DNA of 62,929 nt, filler included, from Octopus bimaculoides (taxonomy: Eukaryota): assembly GCF_001194135.2 (NCBI RefSeq). It is 8 parts of 6 records of this genome, joined end to end, with 100 filler letters (N's around TTAATTAATTAA, not from the genome) between each part and the next. Parts side by side here need not be neighbours in the genome. Positions count along the whole stretch, not along the records: positions 49,506 to 54,379 come from NC_068996.1; positions 54,480 to 56,715 come from NW_026304073.1; positions 56,816 to 59,690 come from NC_068991.1; positions 59,791 to 62,929 come from NC_069005.1; 4 more parts are not named here. One strand, written 5' to 3'. A program made the position numbers and the translations under genes. How positions within the stretch are numbered: position 1 is the first letter of the stretch; every line of letters begins with the position of its first letter. Positions 51,378 to 62,929 of the stretch are shown in pieces. The notes beneath the pieces are model-generated. The model was not told where the DNA came from and did no database searches. It saw only the letters and a list, made by a program, of their open reading frames with translations.

Positions 51378-51550
51378 GGATGGGACACCGGTCAGTCACA
51401 AGATTACCAATTTTTGCCAGCTGAGTGAACTGGAGCAGCGTGAAATTAAGTGTTTTGCTCAAGGACACGATGCACCGTCCAGTCAAGGGATTGAAATCAC
51501 AATCTTATGATCATGAGTCCAACACCCTAACCACTAAGCCACATACCTTC
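51378..51550 (-). mobile_element. CORE-type SINE head and core
   Basis: Minus strand GTGGCTTAGTGGTTAGGGTGTTGGACTCATGATCATAAGATTGTGATTTCAATCCC...TTGAGCAAAACACTTAATTTCACGCTGCTCCAGTTCACTCAGCTGGCAAAAAT. Confidence 0.85.
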
Positions 51551-51681
51551 ACACCTTTTCCATGACCACATGGGTCAGATAGAATTTTATCAAAGCAAAC
51601 TTTTCTATGGCCAGATGCTCTTCCTATTGCCAATCTTTACCTGTTTCTAAGCAAGGTAATATCTGCATATTTGCATGCAGA

Positions 51682-51875
51682 GAGCTGGCAGAATCATTAG
51701 CACACCAGGTGAAATGCTTGGCAGTATTTCGTCTGCCACTACGTTTTGAGTTCAAATTCTGCCAAGGTCGACTTTGCCTTTCATCCTTTTTGGGTTGATT
51801 AAATAAGTACCAGTTATGCATTGGGGTCGATGTAATCGACTTAATCCCTTTGTCTCCTCTATGTTTAGCCCCTTA
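51682..51875 (+). mobile_element. SINE family B
   Basis: GAGCTGGCAGAATCATTAGCAC...GAGTTCAAATTCTGCCAAGGTCGACTTTGCC...GGGGTCGATGTAATCGACTTAATCCC. Confidence 0.9.
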
Positions 51876-51879
51876 CCCT

Positions 51880-52087
51880 TTAACTTGTTTCAGTCATTAT
51901 TTGACTGCAGCCATGCTGGAGTACCACCTTTAGTTGAGTAAATCGATCCCAGGGCTTATTTTTTTGTAAGTCTAGTGCTTATTCTATCGGTCTCTATTTC
52001 TGAAACACAAAGTTACAGGGATGTAAACACACCAACATTAGCTGTGAAGCGATGTTGGGGAGACAAACACACACAAACATACACACT

Positions 52088-52110
<23 letters not shown>
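51880..52110 (-). mobile_element. SINE family A, 3' half
   Basis: ACTTGTTTCAGTCATT..TTGACTGCAGCCATGCTGGAG...GCGATGTTGGGGAGACAAACAC. Confidence 0.85.
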
Positions 52111-52148
<38 letters not shown>

Positions 52149-52776
52149 TCGTTTAAAAGAGTTCCAGCACTGTCTGTTTTTTATGTTTTATTTATATTCC
52201 TGCAGAACCAATGTGGGGTAGAGAATATGGAATATACAATATATAATATAATATACAATATATAATATAAAATAAANNNNNNNNNNNNNNNNNNNNNNNN
52301 NNNNNNNNNNNNNNNNNNNNNNNNNNNNNNNNNNNNNNNNNNNNNNNNNNNNNNNNNNNNNNNNNNNNNNNNNNNNNNNNNNNNNNNNNNNNNNNNNNNN
52401 NNNNNNNNNNNNNNNNNNNNNNNNNNNNNNNNNNNNNNNNNNNNNNNNNNNNNNNNNNNNNNNNNNNNNNNNNNNNNNNNNNNNNNNNNNNNNNNNNNNN
52501 NNNNNNNNNNNNNNNNNNNNNNNNNNNNNNNNNNNNNNNNNNNNNNNNNNNNNNNNNNNNNNNNNNNNNNNNNNNNNNNNNNNNNNNNNNNNNNNNNNNN
52601 NNNNNNNNNNNNNNNNNNNNNNNNNNNNNNNNNNNNNNNNNNNNNNNNNNNNNNNNNNNNNNNNNNNNNNNNNNNNNNNNNNNNNNNNNNNNNNNNNNNN
52701 NNNNNNNNNNNNNNNNNNNNNNNNNNNNNNNNNNNNNNNNNNNNNNNNNNNNNNNNNNNNNNNNNNNNNNNNNNNN

Positions 52777-52823
<47 letters not shown>

Positions 52824-52986
52824 ATTTTCCAGAGGATGTTGCAACTGTTACCAATATAGCATAAGAACTTACCTTAGGGGATCATTAATTAGATTCCTTA
52901 AAGGTCGTTCTCACAGCTTATATTTATATTTCAAGGTTTTTAACTTTTAAATTCGTGTATTAAAAGAAATAGAAACTTCAAACTCG

Positions 52987-53039
<53 letters not shown>

Positions 53040-53253
53040 GAGAGAAAGAAAGAGAGACAAAGAGAGAAATAAAGAGAGAGAAAGAGATAGTGAGTGATTA
53101 TCAATGCAGGCAGTTTTCTTAGGTTTTTCAAGTTACTTTAATTGATCAATCAACCAATTGAGTAAACCTTTCTATAGTAACTGATGGAAACAGTTGGAAG
53201 CAACATTTTCTATAATGTAGGAATTATATGTAATGTCCATTATTAAAACTAGT

Positions 53254-53636
53254 CTCTTTTATTCTTTTACTTGTTTCATTCATTTGACTGCAGTCATGCT
53301 GGAGCACCACCTTAGTCGAACAAATCAACCCAAGGACTTATTCTTTATAAGCCTAGTGCTTATTCTATCAGTCTCTTTTACTAAACTGCTAAGTTACAGG
53401 GACATAAACACACCAACATCAATGTCAAGCGATGGTGGGGGGACAAACACAGACACAATACATACACACACACACACATATGATACGATGGGCGTCTTTC
53501 AGTTTCCATCTATCAAATCCACTCACAAGGCTCTGGTTGGTCCAAACAGAAAACACTTGCCCAAGGGGGCATGCAGTGGGCCTGAACCTGGAACTATGTG
53601 GTTGGTAAGCAAGCTTCTTATCACACAACCATTCCT
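53254..53636 (-). mobile_element. SINE family A, near full length
   Basis: Both halves and a short internal (CA)n are present; head reverse complement ...AAGCAAGCTTCTTATCACACAACCATTCCT. Confidence 0.9.
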
Positions 53637-53640
53637 CTAT

Positions 53641-53690
<50 letters not shown>

Positions 53691-54066
53691 GGGCAAATCT
53701 AAAATTAAAAATAACAAAAGTCAAAAGGACATTTTCATGGTATGTTTCAGTTTGATGCTTAATATAAGATGGAAATAGGTGTGGATATATAACATTTTGA
53801 GCATGGCTCTTGTATATATACAGGAAATACAGTACCATATAATCTTTATTAGAAAAATCCTGCAGTGATATTATGAAAAAAAAAATCATTCAATTTTACT
53901 TATTTCAATTTATTTCAGCATGACTAAATTGTCTTAAAGTGAATGAAACCAGTAGCTACATACTTAATTAAAAATGTAAACACGTATTCTTTTCTCCATG
54001 ATAAACTTATCAAAGCATTTCTCCATTTTATCCCTCTCTCTCCTTCTCTCCCTCTCTCTTGGAATA

Positions 54067-54379
54067 TCATCATCATCATCATCATCATCATCGTTTAACG
54101 TCCGCTTTCCATGCTAGCATGGGTTGGACGATTTGACTGCGGACTGGTGAAACCGGATGGCAACACCAGGCTCCAATCTAAATTTGGCAGAGTTTCTACA
54201 GCTGGATGCCCTTCCTAACGCCAACCACTCAGAGAGTGTAGTAGGTGCTTTTACGTGTCACCTGCACGAAGGCCAGTCAGGCGATACTGGCAACGGCCAT
54301 GCTGGAAATGGTGTCTTTTATGTGCCACCCACACAAGCCAGTCCAGGGGCACTGGTAACGATCTCGCTTGAAAATCCTA
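54067..54379 (-). mobile_element. Retroposon 3' region with a (TGA)n tail
   Basis: Minus strand GAGTGGTTGGCGTTAGGAAGGGCATCCAGCTGTAGAAACTC...GGAAAGCGGACGTTAAACGATGATGATG. Confidence 0.8.
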
Positions 54380-54703
54380 NNNNNNNNNNNNNNNNNNNNN
54401 NNNNNNNNNNNNNNNNNNNNNNNTTAATTAATTAANNNNNNNNNNNNNNNNNNNNNNNNNNNNNNNNNNNNNNNNNNNNTGGTTTACACCTGGTAGCTTA
54501 CTGGTAAAGTACAGTCACTCTCACAGTGATCGTTATGTATACTTTTCTCTGCTGGATTGCATGTTCGTTTCGGTTTTTTTTTTCATCTGTGATTTTATTT
54601 TTGATCTTCTATAAAAATGAAGAAATTTCCTCCGTCTGGTTGCTTTTCTTTCTACAAAACGTGAAGTTACATTGCAGAACAGTTATTTTAACGAATTGTA
54701 TTT

Positions 54704-54809
54704 ATCACCCGACGAGATACATCTGCACTGCCGGATGCTCCTGAACCAGTTGTTGAGTGTCCCACACATGAGGAATCAATGCTAGATGTGTCGAAACAAT
54801 TGTCGTGAT
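54704..54809 (+). ncRNA. Type-I hammerhead motif with a long helix-II loop and a U4C core variant
   Basis: AUCAC-CCGACGA-GAUACAUCU(GCA)...(UGC)U-AGAUGUGUC-GAAA-CAAUUG-UC-GUGAU: 5-bp helix I, 9+3-bp helix II, palindrome ACAAUUGU, GUC site. Confidence 0.78.
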
Positions 54810-54883
54810 TAATAATAATTCTAGTATATTCCATCTTTCATTTGTCATATATATATGTATATATATATATGTATATAGCAAAT

Positions 54884-55182
54884 GTCGATTACGACGACAA
54901 GGGTCCCAGCTGCTACGATCAACGGAACAGCTTATACGTGAAATTAACGTGCAAGTGGCTGAGCACTCCACAAATACGTGTACCCTTAAAATAGTTCTCA
55001 GGGAGATTCAGCGTGACACAGACTGTGACACTGTGACAAGGGTGGCCCTTTGAAATACAGGTACTACTCATTTTTGCCAGCTGAGTGACTAGAGCAACGT
55101 GAAATAAAGGACACAACGAATTGAACTCACAACCTTACGATCCTGAACCGGATGCCCCTAAGCACTAAGCCACGCGCCTTCA
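54884..55182 (-). mobile_element. tRNA-derived CORE-type SINE
   Basis: Head GAAGGCGCGTGGCTTAGTGCTTAGGGG...TGAGTTCAATTCG, partial CORE, same tail as 445 and 8292. Confidence 0.9.
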
Positions 55183-55919
55183 GCTATATATATATATATT
55201 TCTTTCTTTCTTTCTTTCTTTCTTTCTNNNNNNNNNNNNNNNNNNNNNNNNNNNNNNNNNNNNNNNNNNNNNNNNNNNNNNNNNNNNNNNNNNNNNNNNN
55301 NNNNNNNNNNNNNNNNNNNNNNNNNNNNNNNNNNNNNNNNNNNNNNNNNNNNNNNNNNNNNNNNNNNNNNNNNNNNNNNNNNNNNNNNNNNNNNNNNNNN
55401 NNNNNNNNNNNNNNNNNNNNNNNNNNNNNNNNNNNNNNNNNNNNNNNNNNNNNNNNNNNNNNNNNNNNNNNNNNNNNNNNNNNNNNNNNNNNNNNNNNNN
55501 NNNNNNNNNNNNNNNNNNNNNNNNNNNNNNNNNNNNNNNNNNNNNNNNNNNNNNNNNNNNNNNNNNNNNNNNNNNNNNNNNNNNNNNNNNNNNNNNNNNN
55601 NNNNNNNNNNNNNNNNNNNNNNNNNNNNNNNNNNNNNNNNNNNNNNNNNNNNNNNNNNNNNNNNNNNNNNNNNNNNNNNNNNNNNNNNNNNNNNNNNNNN
55701 NNNNNNNNNNNNNNNNNNNNNNNNNNNNNNNNNNNNNNNNNNNNNNNNNNNNNNNNNNNNNNNNNNNNNNNNNNNNNNNNNNNNNNNNNNNNNNNNNNNN
55801 NNNNNNNNNNNNNNNNNNNNNNNNNNNNNNNNNNNNNNNNNNNNNNNNNNNNNNNNNNNNNNNNNNNNNNNNNNNNNNNNNNNNNNNNNNNNNNNNNNNN
55901 NNNNNNNNNNNNNNNAATA

Positions 55920-55967
55920 TACAGTGCGTGTGTTTTTATTGGCTAAACTGGCAATATGACCATCCCC
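55920..55967 (+). repeat. 46-bp TA-CAGTG motif, copy 1 (possible DNA-transposon end)
   Basis: 44/46 identical to 62537-62582. Confidence 0.6.
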
Positions 55968-55971
55968 AAGT

Positions 55972-56010
<39 letters not shown>

Positions 56011-56249
56011 CATGTATATATATATAGACAGGTGTGTGTATGAAAGAGAGAGAGAGAATGAGAGAGAGAGAGAGAGAAAGAGAGAGAAAGAGAGGGTGAG
56101 AGATGTGGTAGGCAGAAAGAGAGAAATAGGTGGGAGATAGCGGGAGAAAACTATACGACTGCAGCAGACTCCAGTTTTCCCAATTTTTAATTTGAATATT
56201 TAAGTTCGAATTTCAATCACTGACTAACGCTATAATAAAGATAATCCTT

Positions 56250-56432
56250 TCTACTATAGGCGCATGGTCTGGAATTTCGAGGGAGGGGAATAGTCGATTA
56301 TATCGACCCTAGTATTCAACTGATACTTATCTTGTTGACTCCAGAAGAATGAAGGGCAAAGATGACCTTGGCGAAATTTGTACTCAAAACGTAAAACCGG
56401 ACGTAATCCTGCTAAGCATTTTGTCCAGCGTG
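56250..56432 (-). mobile_element. SINE family B lacking the extreme 5' head
   Basis: GTCGATTATATCGACCC...GAAGGGCAAAGATGACCTTGGCGAAATTTGTACTCAAAACGT...GCTAAGCATTTTGTCCAGCGTG. Confidence 0.8.
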
Positions 56433-56439
56433 TAAATGT

Positions 56440-56660
56440 TTTTTATCGAGTCTAGGCACAATACCTAAATTTTGGGGGAAGGGACAGTCGATTAGATCGA
56501 CCCCCAACAATCAACTAGTACTTATTTTATCGACCCCCCACCAAAAAAAAAAAGGATGAAAGGCAAAATCGACTTCGGCGGAATTTGAACTCAGAATGTA
56601 AAGACGGACGAAATGCCACTAAGCATTTTGTTCGACGTGCTAACGAACTAGCCAACTCAC
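56440..56660 (-). mobile_element. SINE family B, adjacent second copy
   Basis: GTCGATTAGATCGACCCC...GGATGAAAGGCAAAATCGACTTCGGCGGAATTTGAACTCAGAATGT...CGTGCTAACGAACTAGCCAACTC. Confidence 0.88.
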
Positions 56661-56670
56661 TACCTGAGAT

Positions 56671-56715
<45 letters not shown>

Positions 56716-57000
56716 NNNNNNNNNNNNNNNNNNNNNNNNNNNNNNNNNNNNNNNNNNNNTTAATTAATTAANNNNNNNNNNNNNNNNNNNNNNNNNNNNN
56801 NNNNNNNNNNNNNNNAAGATAGAAAAATATTATTAAAAATATCAAAATTATTAACATTCCATAATTAACTTTACGTTTATTATAATATAAGCTAACAGGA
56901 ATATTATATGCAAAAACTAATTTTAACGAATCTTTCGTTTAAAATACAATTCGAACGAAATTTTAGGTTAAAATAATAAAGATAGAAGTAGCACATATCT

Positions 57001-57664
57001 AAACGATGCTATAGTTTAAACTAAAAGATTTTAGACTAAACCGTTTATTAGAAAGAAGTTTTGTGAAAATATTGCATAAAGAAAAAGAATAGAATAAATA
57101 GATATAAAAGCATGAATGAAAATTTTATTATGAATGAAAGATTAAACCTTATGTAACTTAAATCAGAATAAAACAATTAACTATATTGTTTCATCAAAGA
57201 AATTAAATAAAAAGACTAGTTATTTATCCCATAAAATAAAAATAAATATTAAACAGTATTAATGGAAAAAATTCAACCCTAATCTAATCAAAGTATTGGT
57301 CTAGGCTAAGATGATAAACTTACTACTAATTAATTTAGTGTTAAAAAAGTATCGACTAAAATTATCATTAAAAATCAATTGAATTAATATAAAAATACAT
57401 TTTTTTCAAACAATGATATAAAGTCATTTAACAAAGATAAAACGATACTTATCGCTACGCTGCAGCAGTTTAAACTAAAATTTAGATGTTAAACTCAGAA
57501 CTAAAGCGTTCATTAGAAAGAGGTCACGTGAAGATATTACACTAAGAAAAAGAATAAAATAAAGAGATATAAAAACATGAATGAAAGAATTATTTATAAA
57601 ATCATGAATGAAAGTGTTAAACTTTATATAACTTAAATCGTAATAAAACAATTAGCTATATTGT
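57001..57664 (+). repeat. Diverged two-copy duplication (about 57001-57189 and 57460-57664) in very AT-rich DNA
   Basis: Shared colinear blocks AGTTTAAACTAAAA...ATTAGAAAG...AAGAAAAAGAATA...CATGAATGAAA...AACTTAAATC..AATAAAACAATT..CTATATTGT. Confidence 0.75.
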
Positions 57665-57944
57665 AAAACATTTAATGAACATTAAATTCTAAGTAATTAT
57701 AAATTTCAAATAATTAGACTAAGAAACATAACTTAAATAATATATATGAAATAAGCTAAAATACTATTATTAATTTAATTAATTAAAATATTTATATTAT
57801 TAACCTTATAAAAATCATAGTGTCATTATAATATTAAATCCTTAAACTCACTAAAATATTAACGTACCAATAAATACACAATTAATAAATATAAATTATA
57901 ACTACTACATTTAGTGAAGAAGGAATGGTATAAACAAACACACA

Positions 57945-58042
<98 letters not shown>

Positions 58043-58214
58043 CATACATATATATATATACACACATATACACATATAAATACATACATACTAATACATA
58101 CAGACTAAAACACACACACTCACACATATACACACATACACCCATATATATATATACACACACACTTAAACACTCGCAGACACAAATATATAAATATATA
58201 TAAAAAACACAATT

Positions 58215-59373
58215 ATCTCAAATTATTATATAAATAAAGTAATTTATGTCTACATTTTATTTTTCGTTCATCAAAAGAATTAATTAAAGTATTATAATTA
58301 TGAAATAATATTTCTTTAAATTCATTATTACATAAATTACAAAAATTATTACCTATACGATAGGATTTCGCCTTACAAACTATCTCCCATTTTAAAATGT
58401 AGTTAATATTTATAGATTTAAGTTCCTAAATATATTTACTAAGGCCAGTAGAATTATTAAAAATTTCTATTCTTAAATGAGTGCATATGTTGAGCCACTC
58501 GTAATTTAATTTTATTAGAAGTCGATCCTATGTAAATCTTATTTAAATTATAACCATTATGTTTATTTCCATTCATTAAAGTCACTATGCATTTTATACA
58601 CAGCATCCTTCAAATTGTATTTATTATTAAATTTATATTTAGTCTTATCTCTACATGTACAATTAATTATATCCTGGTCCACATTATTATTATTATTAGG
58701 ATAAATATTAAATTTAAATTTATAATACTTAAATAAGTATTATAAATTTAAATTTAATATTTATTCTAATAATAAATCTATTAAAAGAAGAGATAATGTT
58801 AGCAACATTATTAGTAGTAGAATAACCTACACCAAAATTATTAATAGAAAATATATTATAATATTTTTTATTATCTCTAAGGAATATATCAATAACTTTT
58901 AAAATTTCTTTAATAATGTTAGTTTTAACTTGAACGCTGTATGGAATGATTAGCCAGAGTTTGTTCTTATTATAGATATTATTGTATTTATTATTTATAT
59001 TATTAAATTTATTGTTATCGTTAAAAAAATTAAAATTAAATCTATTATTGTTTCCATTACAATTATGTTTATGTTTATGTAATTTATTATCACAATACCT
59101 ATTATTTGTATTATAATTACCTAAGAAGACATTATCATGAGCATAAAGGTTATGTTTATCAAAAAGATCATTACTATTATAATCATTAGTATATCCCGCC
59201 TCGCGAAGGGCTTTATTGTAACAAATTGCATGTTTTTCGAAGATCTCTATATTAGATGAAAGTAAAGATATTCTCTTACCTATAGTAAAAGTTAATGGTT
59301 TTTTTAATTGAGGGTGCGTGATTACTTTTCGCATGAATGTATTTAATATTTTCATTAATCCATCTATTATCAA
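58215..59373 (-). mobile_element. Penelope-like element: RT thumb, linker and C-terminal GIY-YIG endonuclease
   Basis: NENIKYIHAKSNHAPSIKK / IGKRISLLSSNIEIFEKHAICYNKALREAGY...WLIIPYSVQVKTNI...YSTTNNVANIISSFN, then VYK...KIYIGSTSNKIKLRVAQHMHSFKN...KWEIVCKAKSYRIGNNFCNLC...KCRHK. Confidence 0.88.
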
Positions 59374-59494
59374 CTTCGTGCTGTCTGATAGCTGGTATGA
59401 AACTGCTGTCTTCTGATTTTCTGTTTGTATGATGGATACCCATCAGCACCTGTCTGAGTTTCTTGTAGGAACCTCTTTGGAAACCTTTTTGAAG

Positions 59495-59690
59495 TGAAGC
59501 CGTGTGGCCTAATGGTTAGGGTGCGGTACTCACAATCACTAGATTGTGGAATCGATTCCCTGATTGGGCAGTGTATTGTGTTCTTGAACAAAACACTTCA
59601 TTTGACGTTGCCCCGGCACCCCACTCCACTTTCTATAAGGGGTAATGTTATTCTACTTACCTAGCCAATGGGGTGGCGTCATTTGAAGGC
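59495..59690 (+). mobile_element. CORE-type SINE, degraded, cut by a gap
   Basis: GTGTGGCCTAATGGTTAGGGTGCGGTACTCACAATCAC...GGAATCGATTCCC...TTCTTGAACAAAACACTTCATTTGACGTTG. Confidence 0.8.
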
Positions 59691-60083
59691 NNNNNNNNNN
59701 NNNNNNNNNNNNNNNNNNNNNNNNNNNNNNNNNNTTAATTAATTAANNNNNNNNNNNNNNNNNNNNNNNNNNNNNNNNNNNNNNNNNNNNTATATATATA
59801 TATATGCCGTTCGGGCTTAGCCCGAGTATAAATTTAGTAAAGTGGACGTGTATCTGCAAGCTAATTTCTGCCAACAGTGACTTGAAGTATGTAATTGCAA
59901 CCAATAACTCGGGCTTCTTTTCTTGACCCTGGTCGCAGTTAATTTATTTTTGCTCCGTGTCAAAAAATATAATTTGTAGCAAACGTTCTCTTGACATCGT
60001 TCACATGCCCCTTATGAAAAATATAAGGATGTGTACAGATACACACACACATATATGTACACACATGTACACATGCACATGCC

Positions 60084-60350
60084 CAAATATTTATACGTTT
60101 ATATGGATATAGTATAACCATCTCGCATAGACTTAAATAACTGAAAAGGATCTATTTACGAACAAGAAAAATAACAATTTATAAGGGGTAAGACGTTAAT
60201 AGGTTATGCACATATATGCACATATACACATACACAAATATTTATACATTTATATGGATATAGTATAACCATCTCGCATAAACTTAAGTAACTGAAAAAT
60301 ATCTATTCAAGAACAGTAACAATTCACAAGAGAAAAGACGTTAAGAGGTA
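60084..60350 (+). repeat. Two-copy direct repeat, 151-bp period
   Basis: CAAATATTTATAC.TTTATATGGATATAGTATAACCATCTCGCATA.ACTTAA.TAACTGAAAA at 60084 and 60235. Confidence 0.85.
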
Positions 60351-61700
60351 AGGATATCAAAATAAGAAAACAAAATAAGAATTTATAGAAAATAGTAGGA
60401 AATATATATAACCTACATTTAAAGAGACAGGGGATTAAAATATGAGATAGGGAAGAGATAAAGGTAACCCGAAAAGAGGGGGTAGTAGGTATGGACGTAG
60501 TGAGGGCAGTTAAAGGTATTCACACTGAAGAGATTTTATAAATTGTATGTTACAGGTGCTATTGTATATAATTTAGTCGAGAGGAGACTTACTTACATAA
60601 AGTCACTACAAATATACATAATATGATCAGTAGGGTAGAGCATCATAGAAAGGAAAATAGTGTAATCATCAAAATAGGATGAAGTCAGGCTAGACAAGAG
60701 TTATCGTGGGGTAGTATTACACCACATACCATAATATATAGCTTTATAACATATGCAATGCGATTTAATTCACCATATAGCATAATATCCCATGATTTTA
60801 TTATAATTAATACTAAAGAGTAAGTTTATAACGGATACGATACCAAAATTATTTCCACCATCAAAGTTCAAGTATGGCACCTATAATCGTTAGTTTCGAA
60901 AATATTTAAATGTACGGGTGACGCTATGCACCCATGATACCCTTACGTGTAATCTATTATTAATCAGGTTGTTCTTGTCCTTATATGTATATATATTTAT
61001 ATATGTATATATAAATATATATANNNNNNNNNNNNNNNNNNNNNNNNNNNNNNNNNNNNNNNNNNNNNNNNNNNNNNNNNNNNNNNNNNNNNNNNNNNNN
61101 NNNNNNNNNNNNNNNNNNNNNNNNNNNNNNNNNNNNNNNNNNNNNNNNNNNNNNNNNNNNNNNNNNNNNNNNNNNNNNNNNNNNNNNNNNNNNNNNNNNN
61201 NNNNNNNNNNNNNNNNNNNNNNNNNNNNNNNNNNNNNNNNNNNNNNNNNNNNNNNNNNNNNNNNNNNNNNNNNNNNNNNNNNNNNNNNNNNNNNNNNNNN
61301 NNNNNNNNNNNNNNNNNNNNNNNNNNNNNNNNNNNNNNNNNNNNNNNNNNNNNNNNNNNNNNNNNNNNNNNNNNNNNNNNNNNNNNNNNNNNNNNNNNNN
61401 NNNNNNNNNNNNNNNNNNNNNNNNNNNNNNNNNNNNNNNNNNNNNNNNNNNNNNNNNNNNNNNNNNNNNNNNNNNNNNNNNNNNNNNNNNNNNNNNNNNN
61501 NNNNNNNNNNNNNNNNNNNNNNNNNNNNNNNNNNNNNNNNNNNNNNNNNNNNNNNNNNNNNNNNNNNNNNNNNNNNNNNNNNNNNNNNNNNNNNNNNNNN
61601 NNNNNNNNNNNNNNNATAGAAAATATATAGATAATATATATACATATATGTACATATATATATATTATATATACATACACACACACACACACACACACAC

Positions 61701-61739
<39 letters not shown>

Positions 61740-61842
61740 TATAAGTAATCTGTGTATCAAATTTAATTTAGATGTATAACGGAAAGCCCAATTAAATATG
61801 ATACACAGCTAGCTAATACTACTTCTGTCCTCTAATGTACAT

Positions 61843-61886
<44 letters not shown>

Positions 61887-61904
61887 TTTAAATGCATAGC
61901 CTTT

Positions 61905-62180
61905 ATGCAAACCACCCATCTTCTCTCCGGCACATCAATAAAAGTAATGCAATTTAGTTGGCTAGCCATGCATGGAATTTGAAGATCAGTTCTGCACTAC
62001 ATGAAATTGAGTGGAGAATAGTGGAGAAATTTAAGCCATATGTTAATGGATCTAAGAAATGCAACTTATTCGTAGTAGAAAGATCTCATATTCTTCTTAG
62101 ATCCAGCAATTCCAACACACTACTTAATTCAAGATCTGAAATTTTTAGCAGGTGTAGACATATAAACAGGTTTCTTTTAT
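61905..62180 (+). mobile_element. Penelope-like element, GIY-YIG C-terminal fragment
   Basis: HPSSLRH...LASHAWNLK...EIEWRIVEKFKPYVNGSKKCNLFVVERSHIL...LLNSRSEIFSRCRHINRFLL; a different, less AT-rich family than 58215. Confidence 0.88.
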
Positions 62181-62534
62181 CGGGCCAACACCCGCACCGG
62201 ATTCAATTGGTGCCATGCAGACACTTACATATTTTCTGTTATTCTGTTCTAAACCCGTTATATTTAATGAACTGTCTGCAATCAGGGAGGACGAAGATCT
62301 TAGAGTGTTCTTGATTCTGTTTTTTTTTTTTCTTCTCTGGTTCCGTTTTTTGCACCAAGCTTCACATTTTTCCATGTTTTTCTTATTTTTTACTATGCTT
62401 GTTTTTGAAATATATATAACGCTTAAAGAGAGCTTGAAAGATAGCTTTTAGATACATGGCATATTTTATGAATAGGCCTGTTCAAGTATCATAAACAGAT
62501 GAAACTATTAGTAGCCCCAAATGAACACCAACTA

Positions 62535-62582
62535 TACAGTGCGTGTGTTTATATTGGCTAAACTGGCAACATGACCATCCCC
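62535..62582 (+). repeat. 46-bp TA-CAGTG motif, copy 2
   Basis: See 55920; abuts a short N gap. Confidence 0.6.
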
Positions 62583-62592
62583 NNNNNNNNNN

Positions 62593-62625
<33 letters not shown>

Positions 62626-62888
62626 GTGTGTGTGTGTGCATTCATATATATAGGTTGACATATATTTATCAACCACTCCGAAGATTGTTCCATCATCTTC
62701 TATTTGTATATACGCATGAAGACATATGTATATATATATGTATATATATATATATATATATACATACATACATACATACATACATACATAAGTACATACA
62801 TACATATACACACACGCATATAAACAAAATATAAATACATATACATATGCATCTATTCGTATATACACATGTATATTGTATATATATA

Positions 62889-62929
<41 letters not shown>

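Noticed and set aside
59807-59833. GC hairpin CGGGC-TTA-GCCCG followed by TTAGT, like a Helitron 3' end
   Set aside because: Not the canonical CTRR end, and separated from the Helitron fragment by several artificial joins.

Overview
AT-rich, gap-riddled intergenic or intronic animal DNA. The SINE families look like those of Octopus (recognition from memory, not a database result). I can support no host protein-coding gene; nearly all long six-frame ORFs are N-gap or microsatellite artefacts. The window holds microsatellites, about 25 tRNA-derived SINE copies or fragments from at least three families, and decayed transposons. These include a Helitron PIF1-helicase segment (43.8-45.4 kb), two mariner remnants, a 185-bp TA-flanked MITE, RTE, CR1/L2-type and R4/Dong-like LINE fragments, and Penelope-like (GIY-YIG) fragments. 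The most interesting signal is a dispersed set of minimal type-I hammerhead ribozyme motifs (helix I, CUGANGA, helix II, GAAA, short palindromic helix III, NUH). Five are near-complete (4824, 11545, 35151, 42847, 54704) and many more are decayed, mostly away from any Penelope ORF. This suggests non-autonomous Penelope-derived or retrozyme-like families that would self-cleave as dimers. All folds were paired by eye. Seven 100-bp N44-TTAATTAATTAA-N44 spacers are artificial scaffold joins, so adjacency across them is unproven.
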